From contig CAXHJY010000745.1 of assembly GCA_964016885.1 (NCBI GenBank), positions 1-22,981 of the forward strand: DNA of 22,981 nt, written 5' to 3'. The notes beneath the pieces were generated by a model. That model was given only the letters and a program-made list of their open reading frames with translations, did not search any database and was not told where the DNA came from. Positions within the stretch are counted from its first letter, which is position 1; the number at the start of each line of letters is the position of its first letter. Below are positions 1 through 13,888 of this stretch, piece after piece. This stretch comes from Eledone cirrhosa. Taxonomy: Eukaryota. The position numbers and the translations under genes were made by a program.

Positions 1-618
1 TGTCTGTGTGTTTACATACAGAATAGCTGGGCCGCTCACTGTAAAGCGACCAGTGAAAGACTTGGTACACCTACATATGTATACGTGTGTGTATTCATAT
101 ACACACTAGTATTTCAGTATGCATATGTAGATGTACATTTTTAACTTAATTGTTTAAGCGTCAGTCATACAAAAGTGAGTTACAAACGAAACAAAATTTA
201 ATTTCGTTTCGTTATTTGTTTTTATCGTCTCCGCTGAACCGGTGCGTACTCACACTCTATGCAGATTAGTCTGCCCACTACTAATTTTCATAGAAAAAGC
301 ATATAATGATATGTGCTTTTACAATTCTCCAGAGGGGCCGGTAGATAGGTAAATATTGCTGATGAGTTGTAACAACAACGAAACTAGTTCAATATTCCTT
401 GTCTGGCTTTCTGGAGAATAGGGGGAAGGTGTTCCCCCAAAAACCAGTATGACTCTAAAAACCGGTTTGTCTGTGTGTTTACATACAGAATAGCTGGGCC
501 GCTCACTGTAAAGCGACCAGTGAAAGACTTGGTACACCTACATATGTATACGTGTGTGTATTCATATACACACTAGTATTTCAGTATGCATATGTAGATG
601 TACATTTTTAACTTAATT
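1..618 (+). mobile_element. 467-bp tandem repeat carrying a type I hammerhead ribozyme (candidate non-LTR retrozyme); 1.3 units visible, probably continuing upstream of the window
   Basis: 1-151 is identical to 468-618 (period 467). The second copy breaks off into (TA)n at 619. The unit contains a hammerhead at 347-399 and many hairpins with G-U pairs on the + strand. Confidence 0.8.
347..399 (+). ncRNA. Type I hammerhead ribozyme (HHR1)
   Basis: Stem I AATATTG(352-358)/CAATATT(390-396), extended by AGG/CCT across a TA(A) bulge. Core CTGATGA 359-365. Stem II GTTGT/ACAAC with AACA loop. GAAA 380-383. Minimal stem III inside the palindrome AACTAGTT (382-389). Predicted cleavage after GUU at 389. 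Confidence 0.88.
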
Positions 619-2948
<2,330 letters not shown>

Positions 2949-3281
2949 TTTTTCGGTTTTTCATTCATTGCCAAAGAACGTCTCTATGCACCACCTAAGA
3001 GAACATTAGTCTACGACCTCTTTTATACCTAAACGTGGTTCTATCTTTGCGCGTAATTGTTTTTCATCGCTCCTTTTAATGACGTATATTCGTTTTTTCC
3101 CGTTCTGTGCCAGCGAACGTTTCCACGAACCAAAGTATCGTCTTCCTGTCTTCCTCCGGTTGTAACGTTTTTTGAAATATCCAGTTCTGCGCTTACAGAT
3201 TGACTTTGTTAGTTTCAGAAGATCCCGTTAAGGGTGAAAGCAGCGATTCTTTGCTTAAACTTTAATCTGTTATTTTAATAA

Positions 3282-3282
<1 letters not shown>
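2949..3282 (+). mobile_element. Possible 3'-terminal fragment of a Penelope-like or ribozyme-bearing element wedged between two TA arrays
   Basis: 330-bp unique island ending in a hammerhead-like fold plus AATAAA (3278-3283), then (TA)n. GAACGTCTCTAT near 2976 weakly resembles the end of the Penelope ORF near 11928 (GAACGTTCTCTAT). Confidence 0.45.
3195..3270 (+). ncRNA. Type I hammerhead-like motif with variant core (HHR2)
   Basis: Stem I AGTTT(3211-3215)/AAACT(3257-3261), extended by ACAGATTGA(3195-3203)/TTAATCTGT(3262-3270). Core CAGAAGA 3216-3222 (U4->A). Stem II CCC/GGG closed by a U-U mismatch. GAAA 3236-3239. Stem III AGCA/TGCT. Predicted cleavage after CUU at 3256. Confidence 0.62.
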
Positions 3283-6483
<3,201 letters not shown>

Positions 6484-7090
6484 ATGACTGAAATAAAAAT
6501 GTGCGTTGGGTGTATAAAAATCTTCCGAAAAATTATAATCTCAAAGACGGGAATAGCTGCAAAACAGCCAGGTGCTGCAAAGCAAAGTGTCAGGTTAAAA
6601 TATACCCTTTTATGAGCCAAAGAATGTTCAGAGAAAAAGGGAGACGGGGAGTGAAAGAAAGAAACAGAGTCTAAAGCATATGATAAGAAATGAGAGAAGT
6701 ATAGAGGAAGGGCAAAGAAAAGCGGGAATGAAAACAATGCAGGAAACACATTTCTAGGACATTGATGTACGTATAGTGTTTACGCAAAATTAAAACTTTT
6801 AGGGATATTTCCTGTTTTGCCTTCTGTTGTTTTTAGATGTATATGTCTAATAACTTTCAGCTAAACAACTGCAAGATAGTTTGAAGTGTTACAGTCAATA
6901 TTAATTACTGCTATTTTGGATACAAAATTTAACTAAAATCAAACGTTACACAAAAATAAAACTTAAGTGATCTAAAGACAAAAGAAAATATAGTAATCAT
7001 TAGTAAAACTTGAATGTTAAATACACTTCGTTTTTGTAACATCATATAATTTTTTTTATTTTTTATTAATCAATATGTTTATATTAATAT

Positions 7091-7112
7091 CGCTTTCTTT
7101 CTTTAATTTTAG
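7091..7112 (+). promoter_or_regulatory. Probable splice acceptor (polypyrimidine tract + AG) just before the GT92 start codon
   Basis: CGCTTTCTTTCTTTAATTTTAG|GATG; the in-frame ATG at 7114 follows one base after the AG. Confidence 0.55.
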
Positions 7113-7113
7113 G

Positions 7114-8559
7114 ATGAGAGTGAAGACTCTTCTATGTATAAGTATATTGTACTTGTTATTTTGTTTTTACAAATCAAACATCTTTCAGGAAGAGCATGCT
7201 AATCTCGTTACATCAGGTTTACTCAATTATATACGTCAACACAACTCTTCTGAAAGTGTTCAATCTATTTTTTCTCATTCTGACACGAAAGCCGAGAAGA
7301 AAACCATTAACTTCCATAAGATGGGAAACACTAACAGGGCTATTGATATTTCACTTACGAATAAGTGTGGAGCTGACAAAAGAAAAATAAAAGTTAGAAA
7401 ACATCACAATATATATCAAATATTGAAATATAACAATGAACTAATATATCTATATAAAGCTTACTATGACGATCGGAAATCGCACTTGGGTAAAAAGTAC
7501 ATCCAGGTCCTTGCAGTCGGTGCTATTTTCAATAAAACAATATATGCTCACATGTGGTTTAGTAACAAGGTACAGAGTCAATTTATATCTCCATGCGTTG
7601 TTAGAAAACAGGGTAGAGACTCAATAATCGATTCAAAGTTATATAGCCAATATTTCTTCAGCTGTGAAATTAGAATTAATCAGATACCTAAATACGCATC
7701 AATGAGTTTTGATAAATGTCTTCCGAGTTCGAATCTCTTAAATGTAAACACGCCAGATAAAAAGCTGAAGAACAAATTTTCTATATGTGTGGAAACTGGT
7801 TATGGACATATTAATCCTTCTGACATTGTCGAATTTGTTGAGTTTAATAAGATGATGGGCGTTACATCAATCTCTGTTTACCCGTGTAACATTTCTACAA
7901 ATAATATGAAAGTTTTCCAACAATACGAAAAGGAGGGAATTATCCAGATATACCCAACACCATCTCCACTGGAAAGTACTACCTGGAGTAAACAGATGAT
8001 GACTAGTCCAATCTCCTTCAATGATTGCATGCTACGACAAATGTACTCAGCCGAATATATTATTCCGATAGACTTTGATGAGTTGCTTATTCCCAGGCTG
8101 GGGTCAAACAATTATTCTGCTTTACTGAAAGATATTGACGCTTCATATCATGCAAAGAAACCATTCGGTGAATATATATTCCGGACTTACTTATTTTTCT
8201 CAACATGTGGAACTAAAATTAAGTATCCAAAAGTTGGTAGATTATACAAATATGTGCATCGATTAAGTAGATTTGGACACTCCAAGGCCATAGTGAATCC
8301 ACGAAAATGCTTGTCTGTGTTTAATCATTATTGCAAAATAAAATTGAAAGCTCCCAAAGATACCGGAAGTCTTCTTGTTGACACTAGTATCGCTAATGTT
8401 AACCATTATCGGAAAGCATGGTCAAGCCGATTTTGTACTTCCCTTTCTTCTGAAAATAATAGTGATACCTACGCTAAAGATAAAATTGGAAATAGATTTT
8501 CAAAGCCTTTTTTCGAAAAATATAATCAGTTTATTCGATTAAAACTGATTTACCAGTGA
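7114..8559 (+). CDS. Glycosyltransferase family 92 (DUF23; GALT-1-like beta-1,4-galactosyltransferase family), type II Golgi membrane protein, ~481 aa
   Basis: Intact open frame. N-terminal hydrophobic anchor (TLLCISILYLLFCFY) then a stem region. GT92-typical motifs: FSICV, IVEFVEFNKMMGV..ISVY, SFNDCMLR, DxD motif IDFDELLIPR, SKAIVNP, VFNH, NHYR. Start placed at the second Met because of the acceptor site; the ORF track starts at 7075. Confidence 0.85.
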   Translation: MRVKTLLCISILYLLFCFYKSNIFQEEHANLVTSGLLNYIRQHNSSESVQSIFSHSDTKAEKKTINFHKMGNTNRAIDISLTNKCGADKRKIKVRKHHNIYQILKYNNELIYLYKAYYDDRKSHLGKKYIQVLAVGAIFNKTIYAHMWFSNKVQSQFISPCVVRKQGRDSIIDSKLYSQYFFSCEIRINQIPKYASMSFDKCLPSSNLLNVNTPDKKLKNKFSICVETGYGHINPSDIVEFVEFNKMMGVTSISVYPCNISTNNMKVFQQYEKEGIIQIYPTPSPLESTTWSKQMMTSPISFNDCMLRQMYSAEYIIPIDFDELLIPRLGSNNYSALLKDIDASYHAKKPFGEYIFRTYLFFSTCGTKIKYPKVGRLYKYVHRLSRFGHSKAIVNPRKCLSVFNHYCKIKLKAPKDTGSLLVDTSIANVNHYRKAWSSRFCTSLSSENNSDTYAKDKIGNRFSKPFFEKYNQFIRLKLIYQ

Positions 8560-8689
8560 GATTTTGATCGGTTGGGGTTCGCATCTATCACAATGTTTTC
8601 GTCATAAAAAATGTTTTCCGCTAAGAAACTACCAGACATATAACATGGAAAACATACTGATAGTATTTTTAAAATGTAAGATTTATCTA

Positions 8690-8699
8690 AATAAATAAA
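8690..8699 (+). terminator. Candidate polyadenylation signal(s) of the GT92 gene
   Basis: Two overlapping AATAAA about 130 nt after the stop. Weak evidence in AT-rich DNA. Confidence 0.3.
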
Positions 8700-9221
8700 T
8701 GGCCACACACTCCTTATAAGGAGATGAAAAACGACATTCGACGTCCATGACTTTCTAAATGAGATTAAAGCCAAGGAGTTAATTCCAGTTTGGATTTGAA
8801 ATCACTTTTTGATTCTTAGTTTACCGCGAATTTATCTCTCGCATTAATGGTTATGGTCCTAGTCAATCATCACATAAACAGGCAATTTTAGATTACGCCA
8901 AAACCTTATACATTCTACTTGGTGTAGAACAATGGCTGATTGGTTATGTATATATGACTATTTGGGTAATTATTTAATAGCTTTATTATTCAAATTCTAA
9001 ATCTTTTAGTGATGAGTAATGCGTTTCTTTTAGAAATGTTTGAAAATACACACAGGCACATACATACATGCACACACGTGAACAAAACACATTATATATA
9101 TATATATATATATTAATAATAATAATAGTAATAATAAATTTGAAGACTAAAATCCAAAGAGGGCTCGATAAGGATAAATATATATCAAATATATTAGAAC
9201 CGTAGAGCAATCTGTTATTTA

Positions 9222-9260
<39 letters not shown>

Positions 9261-9299
9261 TGAAAAAGAACAAAGGAACTATTATGACATTATAACAAG

Positions 9300-9356
9300 T
9301 TTATTGCCGACAGCCGTTTCGTCCGACCATATGGTGGGACTTTTCAAGGCAATAAA
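9300..9356 (-). ncRNA. Type I hammerhead ribozyme, U3-A8 core variant (HHR3)
   Basis: Minus strand reads TTTATTGCC TTGAAAA GTCC caccatatggtc GGAC GAAA C ggct GTC GGCAATAAA. It has a 9-bp stem I and a GUC cleavage triplet. Confidence 0.78.
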
Positions 9357-10290
9357 TTAAGGATTAACAATCCTTAATTTTTTGATAGTACATTATTAGA
9401 TTACTGAAGCTACCTTATACCTTCTTAAAAATACATTTTATAATTATTGTCTTTTTGCTTATGTATTTTCTTATTTACCACTTTCTTTAATCTTGCCCAA
9501 CTTGATAAACTCTTTGAATTGCTCCCTAATTAAATTACTTAAATTACTTAAATTATTGTATCTATTATGCCTAAGTTGTATCTGTTGAAGCAGCCCTTTG
9601 AAAATTCCTCGGATATCCCAAATACCGTAATTTTTAACTTTTAATTTATAATTTTCCTCAATTTGTTTATATATATCCTTAAGGGCTCTCTAAAATTTTA
9701 ATTCTTCGAAGGGTCTCTCGGAGGAAGCTCCTATTAAAAATATTAAAGGGGCCTTTTCTGAGAGATTTATTGAAGGCTCTTTGAATTAACCTTTAATTGA
9801 TTAGTTTCTTTCAACTTAGTAGGGAATATCAAAACCTCGTAAGTTTTCTGAAATTTGTTAACGTGTTCTCGGGGGAAGAAGGTTTTTTTCTTTCGAAAAA
9901 ATTTTTTTTCTATCGAAGGAATTTCTTAGCAAACTTTATATTTTTAGGGAAACTCTATATTTTTATTTTTTTATTTTATTTTATTAGCCTCTTAATTTCT
10001 CCTAGTTTATTAGGTTTATTGGAGCCTGTAAGCTTTATGCACTTATTGAGGGATTTTTTAAGGTGCTTCTACGGGATCCCAAGTCTTCTAATTTAATCTT
10101 TACTTTTAATGCGTAAATTATATATTATCTAATTTTTAACCTTCAATCCCTGACCCCGACAACTAATATAAAAGAGCCCCCTTAGAATATAGACCCAACT
10201 ATACAAACGAAGCTGCTGATGTATACCACAATTTCAAACTGCTAGTCTTGAGTGATACGTTGATGTAAATAATGATCTTACAATCACATG

Positions 10291-10347
10291 TTATATGCCT
10301 TGAAAAGTCCCACCATATGGTCGGACGAAACGGCTGTCGGCAATAAA
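10291..10347 (+). ncRNA. Type I hammerhead ribozyme, U3-A8 core variant (HHR4)
   Basis: Stem I TGCC(10296-10299)/GGCA(10339-10342). Core TTGAAAA 10300-10306. Stem II GTCC/GGAC plus ACCA/TGGT. GAAA 10327-10330. GUC 10336-10338. AATAAA 10342-10347. Confidence 0.78.
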
Positions 10348-10513
10348 CTTGTTATAATGTCATAATAGTTCCTTTGTTCTTTTTCACTAATATTTCTGCT
10401 CTGCTTACACGCATAGAGCTTAACTAGCTACCGTCACAAATTTGGTAGGTCAGACGTGATCATCGCGATTCACATACGACCTACCATACATCTTGCTTAT
10501 ATATATATTTATA

Positions 10514-10927
10514 TAAATGTAATCTGACTTTTTCGAATATTAATAATTGTTTCTACGTTTGGCACAGTGCATTACTGGTACTTTATTTTATCGACTTCGT
10601 AAGGATGAAAGGCAACGTTAACCTCGGCGAGATTTGAACTCAGAATGGCAAGGGCCGTAACTCTATACGTCAAAGCATGGTGTCCGACCCTCTACCGATA
10701 CTGCCAATCCACCGCCCTATAATAATAATATTCGATTCGTTTGCAATTATGCAAACAGCGTCATTTTTTAAAGCCATGTCAGTAGAATGAGCCCTTCTAC
10801 ATGTCAACGCAAGAGCCAGAATGAGGGGATCATTCTACTGACATGGCTTTAAAAAATGAGGCTGTTTGCATAATTGCAAACGAATCGAATATTATTATTA
10901 ATATTCGAAAAACTCAGATTACATTTA
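10514..10927. repeat. Long fold-back palindrome (MITE-like, ~98-bp arms), left arm split by a SINE
   Basis: 10514-10547 plus 10720-10790 are the reverse complement of 10830-10927, with about 2 mismatches and a ~39-nt spacer. Confidence 0.85.
10548..10717 (-). mobile_element. tRNA-derived SINE (family A; Nin-domain-like body)
   Basis: Minus strand shows an A-box-like TGGCAGTATCGG, a B-box GAGTTCAAATC and the body CCTTTCATCCTTACG..GTCGATAAAATAAAGTACCAG. Five related copies occur in the window. TAATAAT target-site duplication. Confidence 0.85.
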
Positions 10928-10979
10928 TTGTATTCAGCCATGTAGAGCGATAATTTAAAAAAAACATTTATATATATAT

Positions 10980-11990
10980 ATGTATGTAAAATCGAACCAC
11001 CCTCATTCCATTAAATCTATCCCTAAAAATATATCCATAAGGATCTCCCGACTGTCGTCTAATTTGCAGACCTTCAACGAGCATGCTGAATATTATAATG
11101 ACGCACTTAGAAAAGCTGGTTACTGCGAGAAAATAGAATATCTAGACGATAACCACATAAGTACTATGAATAAAACACATCTAAGTCGAACTAGTATTGC
11201 ACCACACACACACATCAATAGGTATACTAATAGGTGCAAACCAGCAAATAGAGTCAGACGTAGAGAGTACATATGGTATAACCCCGTGTACAATTCTTCT
11301 ATTAGCACTAAGATTATCTCACTAATCAATAAACACTTTACAACTTCACATAAATACTATAAAATCTTTAACTCGCGCACCATTAGACTCTCATACTCCA
11401 CTGCACCTAACATAGAACAACTAATTAAAAAACTCAACTCAGCAATACTGAATAAGTACATCCCTAATGACTCAGTGCACCAGCATAGCAACATACAACG
11501 CACTAACACGCAACCACAACCCCACCAAACTATCCAGGATTCTACTGCAAAACATAAAAATAATTGTAACTGCACCAAACCAGGTACGTGCCCACTGAAT
11601 AACCAGTGCCTAGCACGCAATATTGTCTACCGATGTACAATAAATTCCGGAACCAACAAATGGTATTACGTCGGATGTACCGCAACTTCTTTCAAGGCTC
11701 GCCTATACCAACATCGATCTTCGATCAGGCACGAGAAAATGCGCTCCGTAACAACCCTCGCCGATAAAGCCTGGCAGCTTCGGAGAAACAATCAAGCGTT
11801 CTCCCTTGATTGGCAAATTATTGCAGCTGCGCCTGCATATCAGCAAAATCATCGATTCTGCAAGTTATGCAATTTAGAGATATACTGCATTTTAACGTCG
11901 GTAAACAAACTTTTGAACAGCAAAATTGAACGTTCTCTATACTGTAACCATCGTTTGAAAACGACTTTTTCTTTTTTTAAATGCATATAA
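10980..11990 (+). pseudogene. C-terminal fragment of Penelope-like ORF: RT thumb + Cys-rich linker + GIY-YIG endonuclease
   Basis: Motifs: SNHP..I..IP..I..RISRLSS....F....Y..AL..AGY; IWYNP; KIFN..TIRLSYS..PN; CNC....CPL...CL; IVY(10)YVG; FKAR..QH; CKLC..E; LN.K.E....C.H. The RT catalytic core is absent and the ATG comes from the microsatellite. Confidence 0.9.
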
Positions 11991-12105
11991 TGTTACCTTT
12001 TACACCACCGTTTGCAAATTTCTGTTTTATATGTTTATACACAAGATATGGCTTTCTATAATAATAGTACTAAACACTGTTTTTCTGGACCCCTTTAGAA
12101 ATAAC

Positions 12106-12267
12106 TGTTTCTACTATTGGCACAAGGCCAGCAATTACCCAGTGCATTACTGGTACTTTATTTTATCGACCCCGTAAGGATGAAAGGCAAAGTCAACCTC
12201 GGCGGGATTTGAACTCAGATTGTAAAGGGACGTAACTATGCTGGAAAGCATGGCGTCCGACCCTCTG
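12106..12267 (-). mobile_element. tRNA-derived SINE (family A), 5'-truncated, inserted downstream of the Penelope ORF
   Basis: Same body as 10548-10717 (GCATTACTGGTACTTTATTTTATCGACCCCGTAAGGATGAAAGGC...GATTTGAACTC). Confidence 0.85.
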
Positions 12268-12828
12268 CTACAATAATAGCCCTAATAACCCGTCTGTGAC
12301 ACTGTACCACTTTGACCCCTTCAACTAAATTTTGTCCGAACAACACCACTAGAAGAATTTATTTCCCCGCCAACCCTAACACGCCTCATTAAGCTAACTG
12401 CTGCCAAAACATTCTCTCCTCGCAATCCCTACTAGTCTGACAGTCTTAAATCCTAAGACTCCCTCCACCTTACTCACTTCCCTCTTCCCCTTCTCTTCCT
12501 ACCTCCTTCTTTATCTTTTATCTAGTGTATAAAATATTTTCATATCATTACAATACAAAGGTCTGATGACATGGTGTGTTTGCTTACAGTGTACCTTCGG
12601 TTTATGATATTTTTATATTATTCAAATAGCGAGGTATAGGTAACCCATACACTATAGAAACAATTGTTAACTAATAAATTCTGTATACCCGCATTTCCAT
12701 TTCGTAAACTTCTTCTCTCTCTCTCTCTATATATATATATCACCCCCCCCCCCCACACACACCCTCAAGAGCGTGAAACTAATAAACCTTTGTTTGTACT
12801 GCCTCTCTGTTTTCGTTCCAGCTTTCAC

Positions 12829-12922
12829 TGTATATGTATATACATATATGTATATATATATGTATATGTATATATATATGTATATATATATGTATATATA
12901 TATGTATATATATATGTATATA

Positions 12923-12975
<53 letters not shown>

Positions 12976-12998
12976 GTATATATATGTATATATATATA
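12829..12998. repeat. (TA)nTG microsatellite
   Basis: Directly visible; includes several 12-bp TGTATATATATA units. Confidence 0.95.
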
Positions 12999-13199
12999 TT
13001 TGTTTAGATTTAGGTTAGTTGCTTTGGACTATATTTGTAATATGGTTCTTAATGTTATCTACATCCTTAGTTATTCTTATTATATATTTTTATTTTTATT
13101 TTTATTATCATATATTTTTGCAAGACTTTAGTGTATGTACACTCCATATTCTTCGGAGTTTCCGGCTTGTATCTGCCGATATTACTTCTTGTTGTTTTG

Positions 13200-13244
13200 A
13201 TTGCCCTGATGAGTCCTTAATAGGACGAAACATTGTCGGCTAAT
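13200..13244 (+). ncRNA. Minimal type I hammerhead ribozyme, canonical core (HHR5)
   Basis: GCC CTGATGA(13206-13212) GTCCT taat AGGAC GAAA(13227-13230) C att GTC(13235-13237) GGC, followed by AATAAA at 13242-13247. Confidence 0.88.
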
Positions 13245-13288
13245 AAAAACTTTTGATGTATTAAAGGATTCTTTGTTTTACTCTCTTA

Positions 13289-13343
13289 ATATATATATAT
13301 GTATGTATATATGTATATATATATATATATGTATGTATATATG

Positions 13344-13378
<35 letters not shown>

Positions 13379-13401
13379 GTATATATATATATGTATATAT
13401 G

Positions 13402-13434
<33 letters not shown>

Positions 13435-13477
13435 GTATATATATATATGTATATATATATATGTATATATATATATG

Positions 13478-13510
<33 letters not shown>

Positions 13511-13523
13511 GTATATATATATG

Positions 13524-13555
<32 letters not shown>

Positions 13556-13575
13556 CATATATATATGTATATATG

Positions 13576-13607
<32 letters not shown>

Positions 13608-13833
13608 CATATATATATGTATATATATATATACATATATATATGTATATATATATATACATATATATATGTATATATATATATACATATATATATGTAT
13701 ATATATATATATACATATATATATGTATATATATATATACATATATATGTATATATATATATACATATATATGTATATATATATATACATATATATATAT
13801 TGGACACTACCATAAACTCTTGGTAGATTTATC

Positions 13834-13888
<55 letters not shown>
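13289..13888. repeat. Interrupted (TA)n microsatellite with a 36-bp unique island at 13801-13836
   Basis: Directly visible; TG interruptions give way to alternating TG/CA interruptions after ~13555. Confidence 0.95.

Larger units (their letters stand above)
9254..10393. mobile_element. Non-autonomous Penelope-like element bounded by perfect 98-bp inverted repeats, each holding a hammerhead
   Basis: 9254-9351 is the exact reverse complement of 10296-10393. The left end abuts (TA)n. The ~945-bp interior has no recognisable intact ORF. Confidence 0.72.
10980..13288 (+). mobile_element. 5'-truncated Penelope-like retroelement (RT thumb, linker, GIY-YIG endonuclease, long 3' UTR, terminal hammerhead)
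   Basis: The ORF starts inside a short TA run. A hammerhead plus AATAAA lies at 13200-13247, followed ~40 nt later by a (TA)n array. Assigning the whole 3' UTR to this element is inference. Confidence 0.7.

Noticed and set aside
319-537. 72-aa minus-strand ORF in the 467-bp repeat
   Set aside because: No recognisable motif, and it is antisense to the hammerhead. A chance ORF is more likely.
7075-7113. Upstream ATG extending the GT92 ORF by 13 aa
   Set aside because: The extension is a polypyrimidine tract ending in AG and is better read as an intron end. It is not fully excluded.
12563-12569. CTGATGA as a possible sixth hammerhead core
   Set aside because: No stem II followed by GAAA and no NUH in register.
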